In this document: in pieces, positions 15,173-24,422 of the stretch
Numbering within the stretch: the stretch's first letter is position 1
How the letters are laid out: every line of letters starts with the position of its first letter
Assembly (NCBI GenBank): GCA_023417475.1
Contig: JAEZFP010000026.1
Span: 30,682-62,681, forward strand
From: Bacillota bacterium
GTDB lineage: Bacteria; Bacillota; UBA4882; UBA8346
DNA: 32,000 bases
Direction of reading: 5' to 3'
Translations under genes and position numbers: made by a program
The notes under the pieces: model-generated
Seen by the model: the letters and a program-made list of their open reading frames with translations, nothing else
The model's database searches: none
What the model was told of the DNA's origin: nothing

Positions 15173-17014
15173 ATGTGCGGAATTGCGGGTTGGGTTGATT
15201 GGGATGCCGATCTTCGCGGAGAACGGGCTACTTTGGAAACGATCACTCGGAAATTATCGCCCCGGGGCCCCGATGCCGAAGGATATTGGCAAAGCGAGCA
15301 TGTTGCCATCGGCCATCGGCGTCTGATCGTGGTGGATGCCGCGGGCGGCCGGCAACCGATGATCAAACGGTATGGCGAGCGAACCTTTGTCCTCACTTAT
15401 AACGGCGAGTTATACAACACTGTCGAATTGCGGACGGAGTTGGAAAAGTTTGGGCACCACTTTGATTCCTATTCCGACACCGAAGTTTTATTGGTCGCTT
15501 ATATCCAGTGGGGGGCGGAATGCGTGGAACGCTTTAACGGCATTTTCGCTTTTGGAATTTGGAGTGAACACGATCAGTCCCTATTTTTAGCCAGAGACCG
15601 GATGGGCGTCAAACCGTTGTTCTACGTCCTGCAGGGCAACCGCTTGATCTTTGGCTCCGAATTAAAAGTGTTGCTGGCCCATCCGCAAGTGCCGGCCCGG
15701 ATCGACGCGCAAGGCGTTGCCGAACTGTTTGGATTGGGACCGGCGCGCACCCCGGGGTCTGGAGTGTTTAAGGGGATCGCCGAATTGCGCCCGGGGTGTT
15801 GGTTGCGCTTTGAACGCGATTCCGGAGTGAAGCTCCGGCGTTATTGGGAGTTGCAAAGTCTGCCGCACCCCGATGATTTTGACACCACAGTGGCCAAGGT
15901 GCGCGAGTTGGTGGTCGACGCCATCAAACGCCAACTGATATCCGATGTGCCGATCTGCACTTTTCTCTCGGGCGGGCTCGATTCCAGTATCATTTCGGCA
16001 ATCGCGGCCAACGAATATCAGCGTAACGGGTTTGAAACGTTGCGCACGTTCTCCATTGATTATGTCGATAATGAGCGGTATTTCAAGCCCAGCGCCTTTC
16101 AACCCAACTCGGACCGGCCCTGGATTGAACAGATGGTCGCGTTTCTCCAGACCCGGCATCAAACAACCGTCGTCGACACGCCCCAAGTATACGACGCGTT
16201 GCACAACGCAGTGCTGGCACGCGATTTGCCGGGCATGGCGGATATCGACTCATCGCTCTTTTTGTTCTGCCAAGAAATTAAAAAGCAGGCCACCGTGGCG
16301 CTGTCGGGAGAATGCGCCGACGAAGTGTTTGGAGGTTATCCCTGGTTCCACCGGCCGGAAGCCGTTGCGGCGGATACGTTCCCTTGGTCGTTGGCGGTTG
16401 CTTTTCGGGAGGAGTTACTGGCTCCCGAGTGGCGAGACCGGATTAATTTAAAACAATATGTGACCGACCGCTACCAGGAGACGTTGGGAGAGGTTCCCCG
16501 GTTGGATGGCGAAAGCCCGGTTGAGGCCAGACGCCGGGAACTTTTTTACCTCAATTTACACTGGTTTATGGCCGTATTGCTTGACCGGAAGGACCGGATG
16601 AGCATGGCTCACGGGTTGGAAGTCCGCGTTCCGTTTTGCGACCACCGGATTGTCGAGTATGTCTGGAACATTCCGTGGGCGATGAAAGCTTGCGACAATC
16701 GCGAAAAAGGTATTTTGCGGCGGGCGGTCGCCGGAATATTGCCGGAAGCAATCATTCACCGGAAAAAAAGTCCTTATCCGAAAACCCACAACCCCAATTA
16801 TTTTCAACAAGTGCAACAGGGATTAACCTCAATATTAGCCCGGTCCGACAATCGGATTCAACAACTGGTCGATTTGGAAACATTACATAAAGTAACCCAA
16901 AGTCCTGATTTTACAGTGCCCTGGTTTGGCCAATTGATGACATCTCCGCAGCTAATGGCCTATTTAATTCAGATGGAATCCTGGCTGGCGGAGTACCGTG
17001 TCGAACTCTGTTGA
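15173..17014 (+). CDS. asnB: Asparagine synthase (glutamine-hydrolysing)
   Basis: N-terminal MCGIAGW (Ntn class-II amidotransferase Cys2), HRRL, YNGELYN, PP-loop SGGLDSS, GECADEVFGGY. AAGGAG RBS. Confidence 0.93.
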   Translation: MCGIAGWVDWDADLRGERATLETITRKLSPRGPDAEGYWQSEHVAIGHRRLIVVDAAGGRQPMIKRYGERTFVLTYNGELYNTVELRTELEKFGHHFDSYSDTEVLLVAYIQWGAECVERFNGIFAFGIWSEHDQSLFLARDRMGVKPLFYVLQGNRLIFGSELKVLLAHPQVPARIDAQGVAELFGLGPARTPGSGVFKGIAELRPGCWLRFERDSGVKLRRYWELQSLPHPDDFDTTVAKVRELVVDAIKRQLISDVPICTFLSGGLDSSIISAIAANEYQRNGFETLRTFSIDYVDNERYFKPSAFQPNSDRPWIEQMVAFLQTRHQTTVVDTPQVYDALHNAVLARDLPGMADIDSSLFLFCQEIKKQATVALSGECADEVFGGYPWFHRPEAVAADTFPWSLAVAFREELLAPEWRDRINLKQYVTDRYQETLGEVPRLDGESPVEARRRELFYLNLHWFMAVLLDRKDRMSMAHGLEVRVPFCDHRIVEYVWNIPWAMKACDNREKGILRRAVAGILPEAIIHRKKSPYPKTHNPNYFQQVQQGLTSILARSDNRIQQLVDLETLHKVTQSPDFTVPWFGQLMTSPQLMAYLIQMESWLAEYRVELC

Positions 17015-17068
17015 ATAATTTCCCATTATGTAATATTTCATTATATATCCAATATTGGACATAAAACC

Positions 17069-17097
17069 TTGACAAACTGCATTTCTTACCATAAAAT
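17069..17097 (+). promoter_or_regulatory. Candidate promoter of the pil operon (about 370-nt leader)
   Basis: TTGACA (17069-17074), 17 nt, TAAAAT (17092-17097), in an AT-rich intergenic region. Confidence 0.45.
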
Positions 17098-17466
17098 GAA
17101 ATTACGATAATTTTCTAAATTTTTACTCCGCTGCTTCATAAATGGATTGCTATCAATTTGGAATAGGCGTCCACTTGGTATTTCGACAAAATAATACTTT
17201 GTTGAGAAGTACTCCCCCGAAATTTCACAAGCAACAGCAAACAAATCGTGTAATTTATCTTAATAGGGAATTTGCCAAATCGCAATGCAATGGTTAAATG
17301 AGGATAACTAACTCGGGTACCCACTTGAGTTGTCGATTGTACCAAAATCCGACGAAGGGCAAATCCTACGATGGTTGAGACTTGAATATGTAACTTGATT
17401 TTGAAATTGGCTTTTAGTCTCAGGCGTTTATGAAAGATAATTCGACATACCTAACTGGAGAAATCG

Positions 17467-19173
17467 ATGGCCATAATATCCAGGCAAAAACTCGGTGATT
17501 TACTGGTTAGACACGGTTTTATCACTCCCCAACAACTCGAAGAAGCACTCACCGAACAAAAGAAAAGTGATGCTAAACTTGGTCTAATTCTGGTAAAACA
17601 CGGTTATTTAACCGAACAGAACCTAATTGAGGTTTTAGAATTCCAACTCGGCATCCCGCACGTAATCATCTCCAAGAAAAAAATACCTCCGGAGATCGTC
17701 CACCTTGTCCCCGAACCCCTAGCCCGCAAATACAAAGTCTTCCCGGTGGACCGCTCGAAAGAACGTTTGATCTTGGGAATGATTGATCCCACCGATGTCT
17801 TCGCCATTGATGACCTACGCTTATCGCTAAATATGGAGATTCAACCGGTGATTGTGACCGAAGAGGATCTCAACCGCGCGCTCGAACAGTATTACGGGAT
17901 GAACAGCTCGATCGAGGATGTCTTTAAAGACATTGACATTGAGTTTGAACAGGAAAAAGACGAATCCCCCAACGATGATGTCGAAGCAGCCGATGACGCG
18001 CCGATCGTCAAATTAGTGAACCTGATCATGACCCAGGCGGTTCGGGAACGGGCCAGCGATATTCATATTGAGCCCGCTGAGTTTGAAGTGGTCGTCCGCT
18101 ACCGAATCGACGGTCATCTCAAAAAAGTGATGACCTCCCCTAAAAATACGCAACCTGCCATTATTTCACGGATTAAAATTATTTCCGGTATGAACATCGC
18201 TGAAAAACGGGTGCCGCAGGACGGACGGATTCAGTTGCGGGTTGATAATGCCGGGATTGACCTCCGGGTATCGTCAATTCCCACGGTTTTTGGTGAGAAA
18301 ATTGTTATGCGGTTACTGTTTAAGACCAATGTAACCGCTTCCATGGACAAGTTGGGGTTTCTTGCGAATACGCTGGAAAAGTTTCGAACGGTCTACAAAC
18401 AACCCCACGGCATTATTTTGGTGACCGGTCCGACCGGTAGCGGTAAATCGACGACCTTAAGCGCGGTCTTAAATGAATTAAATGATCCCGATGTCAATAT
18501 TATGACCGTCGAAGATCCGGTCGAATATCAAATTCCCGGTGTCAATCAGGTTCAGGTTAATAACAAAGCGGGATTGACCTTCGCGGCGTCGCTGCGGTCG
18601 TTTTTACGGCAAGACCCCGATATTATCATGGTGGGAGAGATTCGTGATAAAGAGACAGCCCAGATTGCGTCCCAAGCGGCGTTAACCGGGCATGTCGTCT
18701 TGTCGACTTTACATACCAATGACGCTCCAAGTACGGTGACACGGTTGATTGATATGGGGATCGAACCGTTTTTGGTGGCCTCAACCCTAGCCGGAATCTT
18801 AGCCCAACGGCTCGTCCGGGGGATTTGTACCGGCTGCAAACGCGAGTATACGCTCACGCCGGATGATCCTTATTATAATATTGTTGCAAACTACCTGCCG
18901 GGATTTGACCCCGATATTCACCATTTTTACCGTGGACAAGGGTGTCCGCAATGCAATAATAGCGGCTATGGCCGACGGACCGCCATTCATGAAGTGTTGA
19001 TCATCAACCAAGAGTTGCGTTCGACCATCAGTAAAAATGTTCCGGCCAATGTCTTGAAGGAAGCTGCCTTGCAAAACGGTATGTTGACATTGCTCCAGGA
19101 CGGTCTGTTTAAGGCGGCGGAAGGCCGGACCACCCTTGAAGAGGTCATCCGCGCGGCCTATACCACGGAATAA
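17467..19173 (+). CDS. pilB: Type IV pilus assembly (extension) ATPase PilB, GspE family
   Basis: T2SSE_N/MshEN-like N-terminus, Walker A GPTGSGKST, Asp box, Walker B DPDIIMVGEIRD, His box TGHVVLSTLHTND, tetracysteine CTGC...CPQC. GGAG RBS. Confidence 0.94.
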   Translation: MAIISRQKLGDLLVRHGFITPQQLEEALTEQKKSDAKLGLILVKHGYLTEQNLIEVLEFQLGIPHVIISKKKIPPEIVHLVPEPLARKYKVFPVDRSKERLILGMIDPTDVFAIDDLRLSLNMEIQPVIVTEEDLNRALEQYYGMNSSIEDVFKDIDIEFEQEKDESPNDDVEAADDAPIVKLVNLIMTQAVRERASDIHIEPAEFEVVVRYRIDGHLKKVMTSPKNTQPAIISRIKIISGMNIAEKRVPQDGRIQLRVDNAGIDLRVSSIPTVFGEKIVMRLLFKTNVTASMDKLGFLANTLEKFRTVYKQPHGIILVTGPTGSGKSTTLSAVLNELNDPDVNIMTVEDPVEYQIPGVNQVQVNNKAGLTFAASLRSFLRQDPDIIMVGEIRDKETAQIASQAALTGHVVLSTLHTNDAPSTVTRLIDMGIEPFLVASTLAGILAQRLVRGICTGCKREYTLTPDDPYYNIVANYLPGFDPDIHHFYRGQGCPQCNNSGYGRRTAIHEVLIINQELRSTISKNVPANVLKEAALQNGMLTLLQDGLFKAAEGRTTLEEVIRAAYTTE

Positions 19174-19205
19174 CATGAATAATCACATTAGATTGGGGCG
19201 AAACC

Positions 19206-20267
19206 TTGTTGAATTTAGATGAACTGTTAACGATTTCAATTCGGGAAAAGGCTTCTGATATTCATTTGACAGTTGGCCGCCCGCCCACGTTACGTATTTA
19301 TGGAGAGCTGGTTCCGATACCGGGATACGAAATCCTAACCAATGAATTGATCAAGGAATTATTGCTCCCGATTCTTGATGAATTCAAGCAGACGCGGCTG
19401 AACCAAGCCGGACATGTTGATTTTTCGTATGCTCTATATAAACAAGGCCGTTTCCGGGTAAATATTTTCCGGCAACGGGGCACTGTCTCGGGCGTCATGC
19501 GGTTGATTCCGACTGAGATTCCTCCCCTTGAAGTTTTAGGATTGCCGGAAGTTATCCCGACCCTGGTTGAAAAGACCCGGGGGTTGATTCTTGTAACAGG
19601 GCCGACCGGTAGCGGTAAGTCAACGACTCTTGCAGCGATGTTGGACTTGATTAATAAGGGACGCGGTTGCCATATTATTACGTTGGAAGATCCAATCGAA
19701 TTTTTACACCGTCATAAAGCGAGTATTATCAATCAGCGGGAAGTCGGTAGCGACGCCGATTCGTTTGCCGGCGGGCTACGGGCGGCGCTCCGGGAAGACC
19801 CGGATGTCATCTTGGTGGGTGAGATGCGGGATCTGGAAACGATTCAGACCGCGTTGACTGCGGCTGAAACCGGGCATTTGGTTTTTGCAACATTACATAC
19901 CAATGATTGCGCCCAATCCATCGACCGGGTAATCGACGTTTTCCCGCCGCATCAGCAGACCCAGATCCGGATGCAATTATCATTGGTATTACAAGCGATC
20001 ATCTCCCAGACGTTAATTCCCCGGGCTGATATGCCGGGGCGGGCGGTTGCCTGTGAAGTGATGGTGATGACTGCGGCAATCCGCAATATGATTCGTGAAG
20101 CCAAAACCCATCAGATTTTAATGGCGATTCAAACCGGGGCTAAACTTGGTATGCAGACCATGGATACGGCATTGAAAAATTTATATCAGCGACGGATGAT
20201 TACCATTCAAGAAGCGATGATGCGCTGCACCAATCAAGATGAGTTTAAGAAACTTATCGGAGAATAG
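19206..20267 (+). CDS. pilT: Type IV pilus retraction ATPase PilT
   Basis: 353 aa: ASDIHLTVGRPP..., GPTGSGKSTT, DPDVILVGEMRD, TGHLVFATLHTN, AIRNMIREAK (AIRNLIRE motif). TTG start. Confidence 0.93.
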   Translation: MLNLDELLTISIREKASDIHLTVGRPPTLRIYGELVPIPGYEILTNELIKELLLPILDEFKQTRLNQAGHVDFSYALYKQGRFRVNIFRQRGTVSGVMRLIPTEIPPLEVLGLPEVIPTLVEKTRGLILVTGPTGSGKSTTLAAMLDLINKGRGCHIITLEDPIEFLHRHKASIINQREVGSDADSFAGGLRAALREDPDVILVGEMRDLETIQTALTAAETGHLVFATLHTNDCAQSIDRVIDVFPPHQQTQIRMQLSLVLQAIISQTLIPRADMPGRAVACEVMVMTAAIRNMIREAKTHQILMAIQTGAKLGMQTMDTALKNLYQRRMITIQEAMMRCTNQDEFKKLIGE

Positions 20268-20282
20268 CGAGGAAGAGTCATT

Positions 20283-21536
20283 ATGCCAATATTCACCTAT
20301 CAAGGGAAAGATCGTATGGGACGGGCCGTTAATGGTCAAATGGAGGCGGACTCTATACGGACTGCCGCAGCAAAGCTTCGGGAAGAGAATTTGTATATCA
20401 CCAGTTTAAATCCGGGTAAAGCGTTAATTAGCGCTAAAACAGTTAAAGCCGGAACAACTAGTAGTAATCGACCGAAAGCGTTGTTTGGTTCAGGAGTAAA
20501 GTTAAAAGATTTACTCGTTTTCACCCGTCAATTTAGTGTCATGATCAGCGCAGGAGTTAATTTGGTGAACTGTTTGAATTTGCTGGCAGGGCAATGCGAA
20601 AATAAATTTTTTGCACCAGTGATCCAAGATATACGCCGGGATGTTGAGAGCGGCTCGCCGCTCCATGTAGCGCTCGGTAAATTTCCCAAAGTCTTCCCGA
20701 CTTTGTATATTCACATGGTGGAAGCCGGTGAAGCCAGTGGTCAATTGGAGACAGTTCTTAAACGCGTGGGAGATTTTCTGGAAGGCGATTTTGAGTTGCG
20801 TAAAAAGGTATCCGGAGCGATGGTTTACCCGATGGTCATCGTTACCGTTGCCATAGCGGTCGTCATGATCTTGATGACCGTAGTTGTTCCGCAATTTTTG
20901 GAGATGTTTAATGGAACTGGTGTTGATTTACCGGTGCCAACGAAAATATTGATCGCTGTTTCGTGGTTTATGCAAAATTTCTGGTACGTTATTGTACTGG
21001 GTATTGTCGGGTTAGTTATCGGTTTGACTTATTTTCGGAAGACTCCGCAAGGTCATTATATGACCGATCTATGGTTATATCGAATGAAGGTGATTGGCCC
21101 CGTTATTCAAAAGGTGGTTTCGGCTCGGTTCAGTCGGACCTTATCAACTTTGTTGGAGAGTGGGGTCATGATTACCAACAGTTTAGAGTTGGTGGAAAAA
21201 GCGGTTGGTAACATGGTAGTGGCGCGAGCGGTGAACCAGGCGCTTCAGAATATTACCAAAGGTAGTGGCTTGGCGAAACCTTTAGAGGCCACCGGGGTAT
21301 TCCCGGGAATGGTCACGCAAATGGTGGCGGTTGGCGAGGAGACAGGTGAACTCTCAACGATGCTGGACCAAGTGGCTAGTTTTTATGAGAAAGAAGCCGG
21401 GTATGCCATTGAAGCAATGACTTCGCTGATCGAGCCGGCGATTATTGTGGTGCTTGGTGGTGTGGTAGCGATCATTGTATCCGCGATCATGCTCCCGATG
21501 TTCGAGATAAGTACCGGAGCAACCATGGGGAAATAG
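20283..21536 (+). CDS. pilC: Type IV pilus platform protein PilC (GspF family)
   Basis: 417 aa with a duplicated T2SSF domain and 3 TM segments (FTRQFSVMISAGVNLVNCL..., FSRTLSTLLESGVMI..., EEAGE/GEETGEL motifs). Confidence 0.92.
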   Translation: MPIFTYQGKDRMGRAVNGQMEADSIRTAAAKLREENLYITSLNPGKALISAKTVKAGTTSSNRPKALFGSGVKLKDLLVFTRQFSVMISAGVNLVNCLNLLAGQCENKFFAPVIQDIRRDVESGSPLHVALGKFPKVFPTLYIHMVEAGEASGQLETVLKRVGDFLEGDFELRKKVSGAMVYPMVIVTVAIAVVMILMTVVVPQFLEMFNGTGVDLPVPTKILIAVSWFMQNFWYVIVLGIVGLVIGLTYFRKTPQGHYMTDLWLYRMKVIGPVIQKVVSARFSRTLSTLLESGVMITNSLELVEKAVGNMVVARAVNQALQNITKGSGLAKPLEATGVFPGMVTQMVAVGEETGELSTMLDQVASFYEKEAGYAIEAMTSLIEPAIIVVLGGVVAIIVSAIMLPMFEISTGATMGK

Positions 21537-21586
21537 AACAGCTCATCCGCTGTCTCTATATAAGATAATTTGGAAAGGAGGTGAAA

Positions 21587-21964
21587 ATGATGTTTTTACG
21601 GAAACAAGAAGGGTTTACCTTAGTCGAGCTGTTGATCGTTATCGCGATTATCGGTGTGTTGGCTATGGTTGCTGTACCTCGATTCATGGATCTGCAGAAG
21701 GATGCGGCATTCAAATCCTGCAAAGCCAACCAAGGTACGATTGAGACCGCTTTGGAACAATGGATGGCCGATAAAGATGCTTATCCAGCGGATAAATCCC
21801 AGTCAACAATGGTTGGTGCAGGTATGCTGAAAAGACAAGTTTATTGCCCGTCAGACACAGCTAAAGCTGATGATGCCGATTATTCCTGGACCACTGCCGG
21901 TGTTGTCACTTGCTCGATTAAAACAACAGGAACTGACAAATCTACCAATCATAATCTTAAATAA
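21587..21964 (+). CDS. pilA: Type IV (pseudo)pilin, candidate major pilin
   Basis: Class III signal MMFLRKQEG|FTLVELLIVIAIIGVLAMVAVPRF (Gly-1, Phe+1, Glu+5). The mature protein is about 116 aa, with Cys residues flanking a C-terminal loop (YCPSD...VVTC). AAGGAGG lies 5 nt upstream of ATG 21587. Confidence 0.85.
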   Translation: MMFLRKQEGFTLVELLIVIAIIGVLAMVAVPRFMDLQKDAAFKSCKANQGTIETALEQWMADKDAYPADKSQSTMVGAGMLKRQVYCPSDTAKADDADYSWTTAGVVTCSIKTTGTDKSTNHNLK

Positions 21965-21970
21965 TTGTTG

Positions 21971-22708
21971 ATGGACATTATGATTTTATTTATTTTTGGT
22001 TTAATAGTGGGCAGTTTTTTAAATGTAGTGATTTATCGTGTACCCCGGGGGGAGTCAATTGTCCTCCCCCCTTCGCACTGCCCAAACTGCAATCACAGAT
22101 TAAAGTGGCTGGATCTGTTTCCGGTTCTAAGCTTTCTTTATTTAAAAGGTCGCTGCCGGTATTGTAATGCAGTGATTGGTTTACGTTACCCATTGGTTGA
22201 GTTGCTGACAGCCTTTTTATCGGTGCTAACATGGTGGCGCTTTGGTTGGTCATTAGACTTTGGTGTTTATCTAGTGTTCGTATATGTTTTGATTGGCATC
22301 GCCTTAATTGATTTTGACCATCAGATCATTCCCAATTGCCTGAGCTATCCGACGATTGTAATTGGAACCATTTTTAGTATATTCCAGGGCAGATTGGGCG
22401 AAGCCTTGGTTGGTGGAATCATTGCCGGTGGACTCTTATTATTGGTGGCGTTAATCTATCCTAAAGGGATGGGAATGGGTGATGTCAAGTATCTAGCGTT
22501 GGTGGGCGTGTTTTTGGGTTTGGAGAAAGCACTTTATGTATTATTTTTAGGAAGCGTTTTTGGAGTGTTAATTATTATGCCAATGATGTTGATGAAACGT
22601 TTTGTTCGAAGCCAACCTTTTGCTTTTGGTCCTTTTTTGGTAATCGCTACATTGGTTATAATGTTTTGCGACCCACTGATCGCTTGGATACATAGACTTT
22701 ATCAATGA
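21971..22708 (+). CDS. pilD: Prepilin peptidase / N-methyltransferase (A24 family) PilD
   Basis: Zn-binding CPNC...CRYC, DiS_P_DiS region, polytopic; catalytic-Asp context IDFDHQIIP and GMGMGDVKY. Confidence 0.9.
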   Translation: MDIMILFIFGLIVGSFLNVVIYRVPRGESIVLPPSHCPNCNHRLKWLDLFPVLSFLYLKGRCRYCNAVIGLRYPLVELLTAFLSVLTWWRFGWSLDFGVYLVFVYVLIGIALIDFDHQIIPNCLSYPTIVIGTIFSIFQGRLGEALVGGIIAGGLLLLVALIYPKGMGMGDVKYLALVGVFLGLEKALYVLFLGSVFGVLIIMPMMLMKRFVRSQPFAFGPFLVIATLVIMFCDPLIAWIHRLYQ

Positions 22709-22800
22709 TAGTTACATTTGGAAATAACTTTTAACGACCATTCTAATGGGTTAAAAGCTGAAATATCGCAGGGAATGTCTGGATATTGGAGGGAAGCGCA

Positions 22801-23865
22801 GTGCCCAAAACCGGAGTAGGTCTTGATGTGGGTACCAGTTCTGTTAAGATTGTAGAGCTGGTGAGTAATGGAAAGAACAATGTGGTTGTGAATCAGTTTG
22901 GGATTGTTCCGCTACCAGAAGGATCGCTTAACGGCGGGATAGTTAGGAACTATGAAAATGTAGCTGCGGCAATCAAGGAGGCTTTTCGTAAAACCAAAAT
23001 CAATTCCCGACGGGTTGTTGTGGCGATCGCCGGACAGACAGTAATTGTGCGGCAGATTAAGGTGCCGCAGATGAGCGACGCTGAAGTAGCGACAGCAATC
23101 AAGTGGGAAGCAGAGCGTTACATCCCATTCCCCGCGGAAGAGGTGACCATGGATTTTCATGTGATTGACCGCAACCCGGCTGAGGGCGAGATGGAAGTAA
23201 TGCTGGTCTGTGCTCATAATGAGGTTATCAATAGCCACTTGGAGTCCTTAAAACAGGTGGGGTTAGCGCCACAAGCAATGGATATTCAACCATTTGCGTT
23301 GATGAGAACATTAGGAATGGAAACTTCGCCGACCAATAACAGTATTGCATTACTGGATATAGGGGCCGGAACTTCCGATTTGCTTATTGTAAAAAAAGGT
23401 ATTTCGCGTTTCACACGAATTATTCCCTTAGCGGGTGTTCGATTTACCCAGATCGTTTCAAAAGTAATGAATAGCGATTTTAATGAGGCGGAAGCGGCAA
23501 AAGTCAACTATAGTGATGCTTTGTATGATTTTCAACAAGGTTCACGGGATAGCGTCCCCTATCAGGTTAACTTTGCAATCGCTGAGGGTTTGAAAGAACT
23601 GACAATGGAATTGCGGCGTTCGTTTGACTATTATCAGCTACAGAACCGGAGCGAGGAAATTAATCAATTAATTATCTCCGGCGGGGGTTCAAAAATTGGT
23701 AACTTAGCCGCTTATTTAACCAATCAATTAAATGTAAAAACAGTGGCGAATATCCTGCCGGAACAATTTAATTGCCCAGCCAAGCTGCGTCAGGATTTTG
23801 AGGATAATTCGCCTAAACTGGCTGTTGCCTATGGCCTTGCCTTAAGAGAGGTGATTCCGGCATGA
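22801..23865 (+). CDS. pilM: Type IV pilus assembly protein PilM (actin-like ATPase fold)
   Basis: GLDVGTSSVKIVEL, LDIGAGTSDL and ISGGGSKI motifs. GTG 22801 follows GGAGGGA. ATGA overlap with pilN. Confidence 0.88.
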   Translation: MPKTGVGLDVGTSSVKIVELVSNGKNNVVVNQFGIVPLPEGSLNGGIVRNYENVAAAIKEAFRKTKINSRRVVVAIAGQTVIVRQIKVPQMSDAEVATAIKWEAERYIPFPAEEVTMDFHVIDRNPAEGEMEVMLVCAHNEVINSHLESLKQVGLAPQAMDIQPFALMRTLGMETSPTNNSIALLDIGAGTSDLLIVKKGISRFTRIIPLAGVRFTQIVSKVMNSDFNEAEAAKVNYSDALYDFQQGSRDSVPYQVNFAIAEGLKELTMELRRSFDYYQLQNRSEEINQLIISGGGSKIGNLAAYLTNQLNVKTVANILPEQFNCPAKLRQDFEDNSPKLAVAYGLALREVIPA

Positions 23866-24422
23866 GAATTAATTTACTTCCGGAGGAATATCGGCCGAAA
23901 CCAAGGATTCAGGCGTTAAGTTTTATCATTTTATTGATTATGGCGGCAACTGTAGTTATCGGGTGGGCTTTTGCGTTTTATGCATATTACAATAATCAAG
24001 TGTTGACGGCCCAATCAGAGGAGATGAGTATTCAACTAAAAGATCTCAAAAGTCAAGTTGAAGAGGCTGAACAACGTGATAAAATGGTTGCAGAAATTAA
24101 GAAACTTCAAAAGGACGCTGCCCAGATTAATGCGTTATACCAGCCTTCATCGGATGTTTTACGAAAATTGGCCTCAGTTATTATGGATGATATGTGGTTA
24201 GCCGATGTTTCGATTGAGAAATCCGGTAAAGTTAAAGTTAGTGGAAGTTCGATTGTCTTTCCACAAATAGGAACATATCTCGATCGATTAATTCAACAGC
24301 GTTATTTTAAGAATCCACGTATGATTCAAATGCGGCGTGAAAAAGAGGAACAACTGAATGTCTATCGCTTCACGTTAGAAACCGAGACAGGGAGGAATTC
24401 CCTTGAATATGCTGAAAAATAA
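23862..24422 (+). CDS. pilN: Type IV pilus assembly protein PilN
   Basis: MRINLLPEEYR (the INLLP motif that binds PilM), single TM segment, coiled coil, C-terminal ferredoxin-like region. Confidence 0.8.
   Translation: MRINLLPEEYRPKPRIQALSFIILLIMAATVVIGWAFAFYAYYNNQVLTAQSEEMSIQLKDLKSQVEEAEQRDKMVAEIKKLQKDAAQINALYQPSSDVLRKLASVIMDDMWLADVSIEKSGKVKVSGSSIVFPQIGTYLDRLIQQRYFKNPRMIQMRREKEEQLNVYRFTLETETGRNSLEYAEK

Noticed and set aside
17136..17345. 69-aa minus-strand ORF in the asnB-pilB intergenic region.
   Set aside because: No RBS, an odd composition, and it lies in an AT-rich leader. More likely non-coding.
17340..17400. A c-di-GMP-I (GEMM) riboswitch in the pilB leader, suggested by GAAGGGCAAATCC.
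   Set aside because: Only the GGCAAA-like stretch is present. There is no ACGCAAAGC element and no GNRA-capped P1 helix in register, so I cannot support it by eye. It needs an Infernal search.
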